Source: an uncultured SAR86 cluster bacterium (GTDB lineage: Bacteria > Pseudomonadota > Gammaproteobacteria > Magnimaribacterales > AG-339-G14). From it: 64,000 bases of DNA. The stretch covers positions 23,301 to 87,300 of the forward strand of contig CABXRO010000001.1 in NCBI GenBank assembly GCA_902514645.1, read 5' to 3'. Positions 19,894 to 29,775 of the stretch are shown one piece after another; position 1 is the first letter of the stretch, and the number at the start of each line of letters is the position of its first letter. The translations under genes and the position numbers were made by a program. Below the pieces are notes generated by a model. That model saw nothing but the letters and a program-made list of their open reading frames with translations, had not been told where the DNA came from and did no database searches.

Positions 19894-20181
19894 ATGATAG
19901 GAGTACTTGTTAAATTAAATATAAAAGAAGGTAGTGAAAAAGACTTCGAAGAAAATATGCTGAAACTTGTAGAAGCAACAAACGCAAATGAACCTGGTGT
20001 TTTCTACTACGGTCTGTTAAAAACAGATAACCCTCAAACTTATCAAATGATAGAAATATATAAAGATGCCGAAAGTCATGCTCATCATTCTCAAACTGAA
20101 CACTTTAAAACTTTGGGTGGAGCACTTGCGCCATTTCTAGCTGGAGCACCAGAAATTACTGTTCACGAGGAAATAAAATAG
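19894..20181 (+). CDS. ABM-domain monooxygenase (YgiN-like quinol monooxygenase family)
   Basis: 95 aa. ...NEPGVFYYGLLKTDNPQTYQMIEIYKDAESHAHHSQTEHFK is a typical ABM domain. Confidence 0.75.
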   Translation: MIGVLVKLNIKEGSEKDFEENMLKLVEATNANEPGVFYYGLLKTDNPQTYQMIEIYKDAESHAHHSQTEHFKTLGGALAPFLAGAPEITVHEEIK

Positions 20182-21233
20182 CCCTAAAAGACAATTATTT
20201 AAGAGCTGTATCAAGCCAAGAAATATCTTTAGATGACGCTCAGCTTAAATTAGCTGAGCGTTTAGATGCTTGTTTGCAAGAAATAAATATTAAAAAAGGT
20301 TTTTTTAATTTTTTTACTAAAAAAGTACCCCAAAGAATTTATATATTCGGAGACGTAGGACGAGGAAAGACATTTCTCATGGATATGCTTTTTGAGGAAA
20401 TTAACCATGAAAAAAAAATACGACTGCATTTTCACCGTTTCATGCAAAATCTTCATGAGGAACTAAAAAAATACGAAGGGGCAACAGATCCTTTAAAGAA
20501 AATAGTGAAAGATTTATCAAAAAAATACAAATGTCTTTGCTTTGACGAATTTTATGTTGAAGATATTGCAGATGCCATGCTGCTGGGGAAATTTATGACT
20601 GAACTTTTTAAATCAGATTTATCTTTTTTTGCAACTTCAAATATAGCTCCAATAAATCTTTATGAAGGAGGATTACAAAGAAAGTTATTCCTGCCAGCTA
20701 TAAAAGCTATTGAAGCTGCTTGTGAAATATATCATTTAGATTCTAACGTTGATTTTAGATTAAGAGCTTTAGAAAAAAGCGGAAGTTACTTTTATCCATC
20801 AAATAAATATATTGAGATCATTGAAGAGATTTTTAATGAAATTACTCAGAATAAAAAAGCTAAAGACAGTTTTATAATCATAAACAATAGAAAAATTGAT
20901 ATCTTGGCCTTTTCTAAAGGAGTCCTGTGGGTTAATTTTTTACAAATCTGTTCATCTCCAAGAAGTGCTGCAGATTACATTGAAATTTCAAAAGAGTTTC
21001 ATACAGTTATTCTGTCTGACGTACCCATCATAAATTCCGATGATGAAGCAAGACGTTTTATCTCTTTTATCGACGAATGTTATGACAGAAGAGTAAAATT
21101 AATCATTTCAGCAGCTGAACTCCCTGAAAAAATTTATGTCAAATCTAGACTAGAAGAAAAATTTAAAAGAACTATTAGCAGAATGACTGAAATGCAATCT
21201 AAAGATTACCTTTCTCAAGCTCATTTGGCTTGA
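20178..21233 (+). CDS. zapE: AFG1-family ATPase / cell-division factor ZapE (start codon uncertain)
   Basis: Walker A GDVGRGKTFLMD, Walker B LCFDEF, ATSN sensor. The first canonical start is TTG at 20274, but ZapE-like N-terminal sequence (LKDNYLRAVSSQEISLDDAQLKLAERLDACLQEI) is in frame from about 20181. ATA at 20178 is a candidate start. Confidence 0.85.
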   Translation: MALKDNYLRAVSSQEISLDDAQLKLAERLDACLQEINIKKGFFNFFTKKVPQRIYIFGDVGRGKTFLMDMLFEEINHEKKIRLHFHRFMQNLHEELKKYEGATDPLKKIVKDLSKKYKCLCFDEFYVEDIADAMLLGKFMTELFKSDLSFFATSNIAPINLYEGGLQRKLFLPAIKAIEAACEIYHLDSNVDFRLRALEKSGSYFYPSNKYIEIIEEIFNEITQNKKAKDSFIIINNRKIDILAFSKGVLWVNFLQICSSPRSAADYIEISKEFHTVILSDVPIINSDDEARRFISFIDECYDRRVKLIISAAELPEKIYVKSRLEEKFKRTISRMTEMQSKDYLSQAHLA

Positions 21234-21256
21234 AAATATAAGGATAGACACCATAT
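21229..21256 (+). promoter_or_regulatory. Candidate sigma-32 (RpoH) heat-shock promoter for hspQ
   Basis: CTTGAAA (21229-21235), a 13-nt spacer, then CACCATAT (21249-21256), against the consensus CTTGAAA-N13-15-CCCCATNT. It lies 27 nt upstream of the hspQ ATG. Confidence 0.55.
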
Positions 21257-21283
21257 AAAAAGGATAAGTGGTAATATAAATTC

Positions 21284-21616
21284 ATGAAAGATGTAGTTGA
21301 GACAAATTTTGCAATTGGTCAGGTTGTGAGACATAAACACCTAGACTTTAGGGGCGTAATTTTTGATGTGGATCCTGAATTTAACAACACTGAAGAGTGG
21401 TATCAAAGCATACCTGCTCAAATAAGGCCTAAAAAGGATCAGCCTTTCTATCACGTTTATGCTGAAAATGAAGAGGTTTTTTATACTGCATACGTTTCTC
21501 AACAGAATTTACTTGCCGATAATTCTCTCGAACCTGTTGCTCACCCTGATGTTCATGAAAACTTTGGTCCTTTTGACGGGAAAAAATACGAAGTTTTAGA
21601 GGTTACAAGAAATTAA
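21284..21616 (+). CDS. hspQ: Heat-shock protein HspQ (YccV; hemimethylated-DNA-binding fold)
   Basis: FAIGQVVRHKHLDFRGVIFDVDPEF...QPFYHV matches the HspQ/YccV family. Confidence 0.88.
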   Translation: MKDVVETNFAIGQVVRHKHLDFRGVIFDVDPEFNNTEEWYQSIPAQIRPKKDQPFYHVYAENEEVFYTAYVSQQNLLADNSLEPVAHPDVHENFGPFDGKKYEVLEVTRN

Positions 21617-22824
21617 CTTTTTTCTGCAAGTAATACGCAGATACAAAATAAGTCCATAGCATCTGATAAATCTGAAAGCTCTACTTGAGTTGGAGCAATC
21701 CGTATATTTTTATTTTCTAAGTCTTTACCATATGGAAAGGTTGCTCCCAAGGGAGTGAGCTTTAGACCTGCATCCTCGCAAAGCTTATGAATTTTTGAAG
21801 CATTACCATTTAGCGAGTCGAAGGAAACAAAATAACCTCCAGTAGGTTTGGTCCACTTTGCTAATCCATCAGGTAACTCATTTAACTTTTCTTCGACAAG
21901 ATCGAATTTTGGTTTGATTATTTTTGCTAATTTTTGCATATGCTCTGTAAGAGCTTTCTTTGAATCAAAAACTCTAGCATGTCTTGCTTGATTTACTTTG
22001 TCAGAACCCAAAGAAAACTTAGAGAAATAATTAACAAAGTTTTCCATATTATTTGGCGACAAAGAAATAAATGCCAAACCCGATCCTGCTAATGATATTT
22101 TACTAGTGCTGCCGAGCATAACTAATGAATCATGAGAACTTTTATCAATAAATATCTTTTCTATATCAGGTAGTTTTTTTGAATCACTAAAATCATGAAC
22201 AGCGTAGGCATTATCAAAAATAATTTTGAAACCATCCTTATTGATACTAGCCAAAGCTTCAATTTTCTCTTTAGAGAAGATCTCGCCAGTGGGATTTGAA
22301 TGTTTGGGTACACAAATCATACCTTTAATGGATTTATCAGTTTCTAACAAATTTTCTATTGAATCTATATCAGGTCCATCTCCTTCCAGAGGAATAGATA
22401 TCATTTTTATTCCTAATTTTTCCAGCATTGCAAAGTGACGGTCGTATCCGGGAACTGGACACAAAAAAGTAACTTTATCTAGATCTTTCCAAGCCACTTG
22501 TCCATCGCCATGAAAGATCATGCTATGCAAATAATGTCCCAGCAAAGTCAAACTACTTGTGCCATTTACAAAAATATTTTTTGGATTAGAGTTAAGAACC
22601 CAGCCAGCTAATTTTCTTGCAGAGGGAAGCCCTTCTAGAAGTCCGTAATTTCTAATGTCGACATTATCTTGAATAAAGTCTCCTTTCATTATAGTTTCCA
22701 AGTTATCAGATAAATCTAGTTGCTCTGAGGAAGGTCTGCCTCTAGTTAAGTCTAGAAGTTGTTTTGAATTTTTAAATTTTTGGTATTCTTCCTTCATCTT
22801 GGATATATCGTCGCTTAGATTCAT
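21613..22824 (-). CDS. PLP-dependent aminotransferase (fold type I), specificity unknown
   Basis: 403 aa. HSNPTGE, FDNAYAVH and the PLP-lysine region GSTSKISLAGSG. Confidence 0.8.
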   Translation of the reverse strand: MNLSDDISKMKEEYQKFKNSKQLLDLTRGRPSSEQLDLSDNLETIMKGDFIQDNVDIRNYGLLEGLPSARKLAGWVLNSNPKNIFVNGTSSLTLLGHYLHSMIFHGDGQVAWKDLDKVTFLCPVPGYDRHFAMLEKLGIKMISIPLEGDGPDIDSIENLLETDKSIKGMICVPKHSNPTGEIFSKEKIEALASINKDGFKIIFDNAYAVHDFSDSKKLPDIEKIFIDKSSHDSLVMLGSTSKISLAGSGLAFISLSPNNMENFVNYFSKFSLGSDKVNQARHARVFDSKKALTEHMQKLAKIIKPKFDLVEEKLNELPDGLAKWTKPTGGYFVSFDSLNGNASKIHKLCEDAGLKLTPLGATFPYGKDLENKNIRIAPTQVELSDLSDAMDLFCICVLLAEKS

Positions 22825-22833
22825 AAGATTTAG

Positions 22834-23481
22834 CTATCTATTTATTATTTGTAAATTATTAATTTCTGCGTGCTCTTTAAGCTTCTCATCAGGTGATACT
22901 ACTATAGAATTTTTACATTTTTCTACTAAGGGCAAATCATGAATTGAATCCGTATAGAAAGTAGCGTTTTCTAAGTTTAATTTCTTTTTTCTACACCATT
23001 CTGAAACATGCACTAATTTGCCCTTATCAAAATTTGGTTCTCCTGTTGTTTCCCCTGTCACCTTTTCTTCTACAAATTCTGCTTTAGTACCTAAAAAATT
23101 TTTTACTCCAAAATAATTAGCAAAACCCTTAACTATGAAATCCAAAGCTCCTGAAGCAATGAGCACATCATCTTTTTTGTGTTTTTCTAACAGCTCGAAA
23201 GTTAAATTATCAATCAAGATATCCGTTGAAGAACTTATAAAGCTTGTGACCAATAAATCTACTTCATTTCTATTCTTTCCAATTAAAGGATATAAAAGAA
23301 ATCTCATGTAATCCTTAAAATTTAAATTTCCCGAACGATAATCTTTATCGAAAGCTCTGATTTTCTTTAAGTAAAAATCTTTATCTAACATTCCCTGTTT
23401 AACAATATATTTGGTGAAATGAAATTCACTATCAGCGCATAACAGCGTGTCATCTAAATCAAAAATTACCAGCTTACTCAT
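22834..23481 (-). CDS. HAD-IB family hydrolase (SerB-like phosphatase)
   Basis: Motif I VIFDLDDTLL, motif II ASGA, motif IV YTDSIHDLPL. Confidence 0.8.
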   Translation of the reverse strand: MSKLVIFDLDDTLLCADSEFHFTKYIVKQGMLDKDFYLKKIRAFDKDYRSGNLNFKDYMRFLLYPLIGKNRNEVDLLVTSFISSSTDILIDNLTFELLEKHKKDDVLIASGALDFIVKGFANYFGVKNFLGTKAEFVEEKVTGETTGEPNFDKGKLVHVSEWCRKKKLNLENATFYTDSIHDLPLVEKCKNSIVVSPDEKLKEHAEINNLQIINR

Positions 23482-23951
23482 TTACGTATTTGATTTTTAA
23501 ACTCTATTAAAGCACTTCTATATGCTTCTTTTTTAAACTCTACAACATGATTTAATGGATACCAAAAAGGTACCCAACTATATTGATCAAATTCAGGAGT
23601 ATTCTCTATATTCAAGTCTATATCTCCTGAGAGAAGTTTTAGTAAGAAGTATTTTTGGGCCTGACCTTTAAATTTTCCGCCAAGTACTCTAGATCGAATA
23701 TTTTTTGGAATATCGTAGTAAATTAAATTTTGACTTACAGCTTTTATCTCGACATTGTCATTTTCTAGCCCCACCTCTTCGTTTAATTCTCTAAACATTG
23801 CACTCTCGATATTTTCGTCTTCGTCTACACCTCCTTGCGGAAACTGCCAATTTTCAGTACCCCTTCTTTTGCAGAATAAAATCTTGTTGTCTTTATTAAG
23901 AACAATCATTGCAACATTTAATCTATAACCGGTCTTAATTTTTAAAGTCAT
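23478..23951 (-). CDS. rppH: RNA pyrophosphohydrolase (Nudix)
   Basis: YRLNVAMIVLN start, Nudix box GGVDEDENIESAMFRELNEEVG and WQFPQGG typical of RppH. Confidence 0.87.
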   Translation of the reverse strand: MTLKIKTGYRLNVAMIVLNKDNKILFCKRRGTENWQFPQGGVDEDENIESAMFRELNEEVGLENDNVEIKAVSQNLIYYDIPKNIRSRVLGGKFKGQAQKYFLLKLLSGDIDLNIENTPEFDQYSWVPFWYPLNHVVEFKKEAYRSALIEFKNQIRK

Positions 23952-24718
23952 TATATCTTTAGGTTAAATTTTTTTGATTTCACTATTTCTCTTACTTCAT
24001 TAAAGGAAGTTTCCGTTATTTCAACTTCATCATTTTTATTAATTATTATGGATGTTGTTGATCTAGTCCCATAAATATCAGTAGCTATAAATCTATATGG
24101 AAACTCCTTCCCATGATTTTCTCTTGTGAAAGCTTCTGAGAATTCTAATGGTTTATTCACTGGCGCTTGCATCATTTCAAAAAGATTTTCTCCTGAAACT
24201 TCAGTAGATAGAATTTTTTTAAAATCTTCTTCTACGCTTCTTATTTTTTCTGATTTATGTTCTAAAGGTTTATTACCAATTGCGTAGGTTTCTCCGTTGG
24301 TAAGTTTTTTCTCAAAGCCTCTATTTGAGCAAATCAATGCGTCAATTCCATCAAATAAAATTAAATTAAAACCTTGATAATTTAAACAATCTATTTTGTT
24401 TACATATTCTGAAGAAGAGTAGTTTGATAGCACAAAGTTTTTTACTAAATCTCCTCTACTTTCCAAATCTTCTAAAGATCTTTTTTGGGTACTCAATGAA
24501 GTAAATTCTCTAACGTTTGTTACAGCTGCGAACTTTCCTGTTTCACTAAAAGCCATCCATGTTCCATCAAAGTTCTTATCCTTACCTGCCAAAACTCTTG
24601 GGCTCGAATTCCACCAGTGCATACTTTCAGTGGGCCTTTCATAAAACTCATCCCTATTTGAAGTGAGAACTAATTTAAAGTCACTTTTTGGGTTTAGAGA
24701 TAAAACTATTAGGCACAT
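23951..24718 (-). CDS. NRDE-family protein (DUF833/TANGO2-like)
   Basis: MCLIVL N-terminal Cys and the SNRDEFYERPT motif. One-nt TAATG overlap with rppH. Confidence 0.8.
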   Translation of the reverse strand: MCLIVLSLNPKSDFKLVLTSNRDEFYERPTESMHWWNSSPRVLAGKDKNFDGTWMAFSETGKFAAVTNVREFTSLSTQKRSLEDLESRGDLVKNFVLSNYSSSEYVNKIDCLNYQGFNLILFDGIDALICSNRGFEKKLTNGETYAIGNKPLEHKSEKIRSVEEDFKKILSTEVSGENLFEMMQAPVNKPLEFSEAFTRENHGKEFPYRFIATDIYGTRSTTSIIINKNDEVEITETSFNEVREIVKSKKFNLKI

Positions 24719-24773
24719 AAAAAAAGGAAAAAGTTTATCAGACTGTTTTAATAAGGGATAATCATACTTCTAC

Positions 24774-25574
24774 ATGTTTGAATTTTTTCTAGGCTTAGTT
24801 TTATTAGGCATCTTAGCTGGCCTTCTTTCTGGTTTCTTTGGAATAGGGAGTGGAGTTATCTTGGTTCCTGCCTACGTCTTTTTATTTAATCTTCTAGATT
24901 TGCCACCAGAAATAATTCCTATTCTTGCTACTGGGACATCTATGACCACAATGGCAATTACCATTCCAATGGCTGCCTATATTCATTTTAAAAATAACAA
25001 CATAGAGCTAGAAATTGTAAAGAAAATGTTTTGGATGGCATTTTCCATGACTTTACTGGGAAGATATATTGCACTATTTATAGAAAGCTCAACTCTCCAA
25101 ATTATAATTGCTGTCTCACTGATTTTAGCTGCTCTACAAATAGCTTTTGATTTTTCACCAAAATCAAAAAATCTCCGCAAAAGCTCTCTAGAATTAATTT
25201 TTGTGGCTGGTTTATTGGGATTAGTCACTTCTTTCGTTGGTATTGGAGGAGGAATTCTCATGGTTCCTTATTTTTTATACAAAGGCTTAGATCTCCATAA
25301 AGCAATCGGTACTTCCTCTTTGATGGGCTTCGCTTTGGCGGTATCAGGAGCTTTGGGAGCATTGTTGTTTGCGCCCATTGCATCAAAAGATATTGAGTTT
25401 TTCGTAGGTTCAGCATTTTTACCTGCTGTTCTTATTACAGGATTATCAAGCATTTATTTTGCTAGGCTTGGAGCGAATCTGTCTGCAAAAACTGAAAGCA
25501 AATATCTCAAAATGGCTTTCTCAATTTTAATAATAATTGCTGCTTTGAGAGTTTTTTATATAACTTTTGTATGA
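24774..25574 (+). CDS. TauE/SafE-family anion exporter
   Basis: 266 aa, 7-8 TM, with internally repeated GxGGG motifs (GFFGIGSGVILVP, FVGIGGGILMVP). Confidence 0.8.
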   Translation: MFEFFLGLVLLGILAGLLSGFFGIGSGVILVPAYVFLFNLLDLPPEIIPILATGTSMTTMAITIPMAAYIHFKNNNIELEIVKKMFWMAFSMTLLGRYIALFIESSTLQIIIAVSLILAALQIAFDFSPKSKNLRKSSLELIFVAGLLGLVTSFVGIGGGILMVPYFLYKGLDLHKAIGTSSLMGFALAVSGALGALLFAPIASKDIEFFVGSAFLPAVLITGLSSIYFARLGANLSAKTESKYLKMAFSILIIIAALRVFYITFV

Positions 25575-26374
25575 TAATTGAAATTAATCCAATAGCATTT
25601 TATATTCCAATTCCTTTTTTTGGTTGGTGGCCAATCTATTGGTATGGTATTTCTTGGTTAGTCGCAATTTTATCAATCAACTACTTTGCTAAGCTTGGCG
25701 CCCCTTCGAACGGCATTATTAACAAAAAAATTATAGATGACTTTATTTTCTATGGTGTTTTAGGCGCAATTATTGGTGGAAGAATTGGATATATGATTTT
25801 CTATGGCTTTGAAAATCTCATTAGAGATCCTTTGTCTCTCTTCAAGGTTTGGGAAGGAGGTTTGTCTTTTCATGGTGGATTGATTGGCGTTTTAGTAAGT
25901 TTTTTGTTTTTTTCTGAAACTAGAAAGATATCCTTTTTTAGATTATCTGATCACATGGCTATTTATCTTCCTCTAGGCTTAGGCTCAGTAAGGGTCGGTA
26001 ATTTTTTAGGAGGTGAGCTTCTAGGAAGGCCAACTGACATTCCTTGGGGCGTAATCTATTCTAATGATCCTTCAGGTTTAGTAAGACACCCCTCCCAAAT
26101 TTATCAAGCATTTTTCGAAGGTGTCGTAATGTTTTTTATTTTACTTTGGATTGCAAGAAAGAAACCTCCAAAGATGCTTCTGTCTGGAATATTTTTAATT
26201 CTGTATGGAATATTCAGATCAATTACAGAAAACTTCAGAACGCCAGATGCTCACATAGGTTTTGATTTATTTGAGACGTTTACGAGAGGACAGCTCTTAT
26301 CATTGCCAATGATAATTTTTGGTATAGTTTTAATATATTTAAGTTTAAAAAGAAAAGATGAAACAGTATCTTGA
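25571..26374 (+). CDS. lgt: Prolipoprotein diacylglyceryl transferase
   Basis: [27 protein letters not shown] and [13 protein letters not shown] are Lgt signature blocks. Confidence 0.92.
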   Translation: MIIEINPIAFYIPIPFFGWWPIYWYGISWLVAILSINYFAKLGAPSNGIINKKIIDDFIFYGVLGAIIGGRIGYMIFYGFENLIRDPLSLFKVWEGGLSFHGGLIGVLVSFLFFSETRKISFFRLSDHMAIYLPLGLGSVRVGNFLGGELLGRPTDIPWGVIYSNDPSGLVRHPSQIYQAFFEGVVMFFILLWIARKKPPKMLLSGIFLILYGIFRSITENFRTPDAHIGFDLFETFTRGQLLSLPMIIFGIVLIYLSLKRKDETVS

Positions 26375-27152
26375 ATTAATAGAGAGAATCCTTGATGAAG
26401 GAGTTGATAGGTCTGACAGAACTGGTACTGGAAGAAAAAGTATATTTGGATATCAAATGAATTTTGATCTTGAAAAAGGCTTTCCTCTAGTAACAACAAA
26501 AAAAGTTCATTTAAAATCTATCATTCATGAGCTGATTTGGTTTATTGCTGGTTCTACTAATATAAAGTATTTAAAAGAGAATGGCGTATCAATTTGGGAT
26601 GAGTGGGCAGATGAAAATGGCGAGCTAGGACCAGTTTACGGAGCTCAATGGCGATCATGGCCAGATCCTAAAGGAGGCTCTGTAGATCAGATAAAAAATC
26701 TTATAGATAATATTAAAAATAATCCTAATTCTACAAGACATGTTGTAAGTGCTTGGAATCCCGCTTTGGTTGATGAAATGGCTCTGCCCCCATGTCATGC
26801 ATTATTTCAATTCTTTGTGGCCGATTCTAAGATTTCTTGTCAACTGTATCAAAGAAGTGCTGATGTTTTTTTAGGAGTACCGTTCAATATTGCTTCTTAT
26901 GCTCTTTTAACTATTATGATTGCTCAAGTTTGTGGTTTAAAGCCTGGTAGATTTATTCATACTTTAGGAGATGCTCATCTGTATCTCAATCATTTGGATC
27001 AAGCAAAACTTCAAATTTCAAGAAACCCACTTGAGTTGCCGTTTGTCAAACTGAATAACTCTGTAAAAAATTTAGAAGATTTCAAATATGAAGACTTTGA
27101 AATAATAAATTACGAAAGCCACCCTGCAATATCCGCTCCTATTTCAGTTTAA
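26358..27152 (+). CDS. thyA: Thymidylate synthase
   Basis: [21 protein letters not shown], active site [10 protein letters not shown], and [21 protein letters not shown]. Confidence 0.96.
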   Translation: MKQYLELIERILDEGVDRSDRTGTGRKSIFGYQMNFDLEKGFPLVTTKKVHLKSIIHELIWFIAGSTNIKYLKENGVSIWDEWADENGELGPVYGAQWRSWPDPKGGSVDQIKNLIDNIKNNPNSTRHVVSAWNPALVDEMALPPCHALFQFFVADSKISCQLYQRSADVFLGVPFNIASYALLTIMIAQVCGLKPGRFIHTLGDAHLYLNHLDQAKLQISRNPLELPFVKLNNSVKNLEDFKYEDFEIINYESHPAISAPISV

Positions 27153-27643
27153 TGTCGATAAAACTTATTTGTGCCATTTCTAGAAATAACGTCATTGGGA
27201 ATAATAATAAATTACCATGGAACATCTCAGAAGATTTAAAAAGATTTAAACTCTTAACAAGTGAAAATATCGTTGTTATGGGTAGGAAAACTTATGAATC
27301 TATTGGTCGTCCTCTCCCAAAGAGAAAAAATATTGTTCTGAGCAATAATAAGAATTTAAAAATTGAAGGAGTAGAAGTATTTAACAATTCAAAAGATGTA
27401 CTTAATTTTTATAATGCTTTTTCTGAAAAAAAGGATCTATATATAATTGGAGGAAATGTTATATATGAACTATTTCTTGAGTATTGTGACTATCTCTTTA
27501 TAACTTATATAGACAAAAATTATGAAGGTGATGCTTTTTTTCCGTCGGTTGACTGGAAAAACTGGAAATTACTAGATGAAGAGAAGAGTTACGATAAGAC
27601 TGAAAAAGCTGATTTTTATTTCAGAAATTATGTAAAAATTTAA
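27152..27643 (+). CDS. folA: Dihydrofolate reductase
   Basis: IGNNNKLPW, VVMGRKTYESIGRPLPKRKNIVLS, YIIGG. Immediately follows thyA. Confidence 0.9.
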   Translation: MSIKLICAISRNNVIGNNNKLPWNISEDLKRFKLLTSENIVVMGRKTYESIGRPLPKRKNIVLSNNKNLKIEGVEVFNNSKDVLNFYNAFSEKKDLYIIGGNVIYELFLEYCDYLFITYIDKNYEGDAFFPSVDWKNWKLLDEEKSYDKTEKADFYFRNYVKI

Positions 27644-29028
27644 CTTTCTTCCAAGTCTTTGAGTCTTAACTGAAGCAGTTCAACTCTTTTCTTTTCTTTT
27701 TCGGTGTAAGTGAGCCAATTCAAAGCTTGTGTTCTGAGCTTGTCCTGTTTTTTCTCTCTGGCTTCTTTATCTTTGATCTTAATATCGGCAAGTCTATCTA
27801 TAGCTGTTCTGAAGAATTTTGTTGCGTCTTCAAAATCTTGCAATTCATATGCTACTTGGCCCAAAAGAATATTTACTGTCACCGGATCTTTCAACTTACC
27901 CTTCTTGAGCCCCAATTGAAGAGCTTGTTTAGCTTTTTTATATCTATCTGTAGCTAAATAAATTTGTCCGAGAAAAATATACAATTCTCCCTCTTCCGAT
28001 TTTTGAGCAGCCTTTTCATAGACTGGCTCAGCTTTATCCAATTCTTGTGCTAAATGCCATCCCTGAGCAAGATATTTAAGGTGCTTCTCACTTTCCTCTA
28101 CAAATTCATTTTGAATGCCGTATTGGATTGCTCTAGCCGCCTTTAAAGGAGCCTCCGCTCTCATCAAAAGTTGGTAAAGAGAAACGTATTCGGTTTCCTT
28201 GTCTAAAAGCCTTTGATCGTGAGCGGCTTCTAGTGCGGATAATTGGTTATTCTCTTGTTTGAGTTCTCCGTAAACTCCAGAAAGTTGGGTCCAATATCTT
28301 TTTTTAGGATAAAACCTTACTAACTCTTCAAATAGAGGAAGCATGTCATTAACCCTCTCGTTTTCATTGTATAAGGCAACTAATAAATTATATGTTGATT
28401 CTTTCGGCTTTGATTTATTCGCCTTTGCTACACAAAGTGCTCTCTCAGAAAATTTTAAAGCTTTCTTTTTATCTTTCAATTGCCAATACGATGCAGCAAT
28501 AATATCAAAACCTAAGGAACTAGGATTGGACTCCATAGATATCCACTGCTCCATATAATCAATAGCAGTTTTAAAACTCCCTTCAGCGTAAGAAAGTTGT
28601 CCAAGCATAGAAATAACGTTTGATTTTAGTCTGGGATCAGCGTCTTCAATAGAAAGAAATTTAATATAATTTTGTTTCGCAGATTTTAAGTCATCGTTAA
28701 CTGAGTCAATGTAAGCAAAATAATAATACATTTGAGCTTTGTCAGATTCAGTTAAGCTGTTATCTGATTTCATTTTGACAAGAACATTTTCTGCTTTTAC
28801 AAAATCCTCATTTTCTGCCTGAAGAAACGGAAAGAGCTCTCTTAGATATGTTTGGGCTTGTTTGCTCGGTAACTTAGCTACTTGCCTTTTAGGCTTTGGT
28901 AAATCTGATCCTAGACAACCTTTAAGGGTATATCCCGGAAAGTCAAAAACAGTTTGTTCTTTATCTTTATCATTTTGCAGGAAAGCAGAACTTGAAAATA
29001 AAAAAATTAAAAATAACAGTTTAATCAT
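27640..29028 (-). CDS. TPR-repeat exported protein (TtpD-like, last gene of the TonB2-type cluster)
   Basis: Signal peptide and multiple TPR-like helical repeats. Its position downstream of tonB matches the Vibrio TonB2 system. Confidence 0.7.
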   Translation of the reverse strand: MIKLLFLIFLFSSSAFLQNDKDKEQTVFDFPGYTLKGCLGSDLPKPKRQVAKLPSKQAQTYLRELFPFLQAENEDFVKAENVLVKMKSDNSLTESDKAQMYYYFAYIDSVNDDLKSAKQNYIKFLSIEDADPRLKSNVISMLGQLSYAEGSFKTAIDYMEQWISMESNPSSLGFDIIAASYWQLKDKKKALKFSERALCVAKANKSKPKESTYNLLVALYNENERVNDMLPLFEELVRFYPKKRYWTQLSGVYGELKQENNQLSALEAAHDQRLLDKETEYVSLYQLLMRAEAPLKAARAIQYGIQNEFVEESEKHLKYLAQGWHLAQELDKAEPVYEKAAQKSEEGELYIFLGQIYLATDRYKKAKQALQLGLKKGKLKDPVTVNILLGQVAYELQDFEDATKFFRTAIDRLADIKIKDKEAREKKQDKLRTQALNWLTYTEKEKKRVELLQLRLKDLEES

Positions 29029-29031
29029 ATT

Positions 29032-29775
29032 TTAACCTTGAATACCTCTGCAGTTTTCTGGCACATATCCTGGACCTTTATCTTCTCCTTCCAGAACAAA
29101 GGTAATTCTTTGAGTTACTCCTTCCACTTCAACAGCATTTCCGTCTCTTATAAGAGGTTTATATTTATATCTTAACGCAGCTCTTATTGCAGCTCTATCG
29201 AAAACTCCTTGAGGTATAGATTGAATGACTTCGGGATCCCTAACTGATCCAACTTCTGTTACGACATATTTTAAAACTACACAGCCTTCAATGCCTCTTT
29301 CAGCAGCTCTTCGAGGATATTGAGGAGGAACTTGGAAAATTGGAACGTAAGATCCATCCATAAATACTCCAGATCTTCTTCGTTTAAAATTTAAATTCGG
29401 ATTTACAGACTGATCGAGAAGGTCTTCTATGTTTTCAATATCTACCTCGGGAGGCAACTGATCTGGTTCAGGGTCTGCTTCTTCTGGTCTTTCAACCGAG
29501 TCAATTAATTCTGGATCTCTAACAGGCATCACAACATCTACGATTTTTCTCAACTTCATATCGTCCAAGGAGACTTCTCCCGTAGCGATTAACAAAGCCA
29601 TCAATAATATTGAGGCAAAGGAAACAACCGTTCCCCCTGCAGCGGCCAATCCATATTTTTGATAAGGGTTATCTTCGACAATAAGCTTTTTTAAAAAAGG
29701 AGTTTCTTCTTTGGTGTAAAGATTCGAAAATCTTTTTTGTAAATTTAGAAATAAAATCTTTAGAAAACTTTGCAT
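29032..29775 (-). CDS. tonB: Energy transducer TonB
   Basis: N-terminal TM anchor, acidic/Pro-rich spacer (PEEADPEPDQLPPEVD) and C-terminal TonB_C (YPRRAAERGIEG...YKYKP). Confidence 0.85.
   Translation of the reverse strand: MQSFLKILFLNLQKRFSNLYTKEETPFLKKLIVEDNPYQKYGLAAAGGTVVSFASILLMALLIATGEVSLDDMKLRKIVDVVMPVRDPELIDSVERPEEADPEPDQLPPEVDIENIEDLLDQSVNPNLNFKRRRSGVFMDGSYVPIFQVPPQYPRRAAERGIEGCVVLKYVVTEVGSVRDPEVIQSIPQGVFDRAAIRAALRYKYKPLIRDGNAVEVEGVTQRITFVLEGEDKGPGYVPENCRGIQG

Noticed and set aside
20262-20456. A 64-aa minus-strand ORF over the zapE Walker-A region.
   Set aside because: It is antisense to the most conserved part of zapE.
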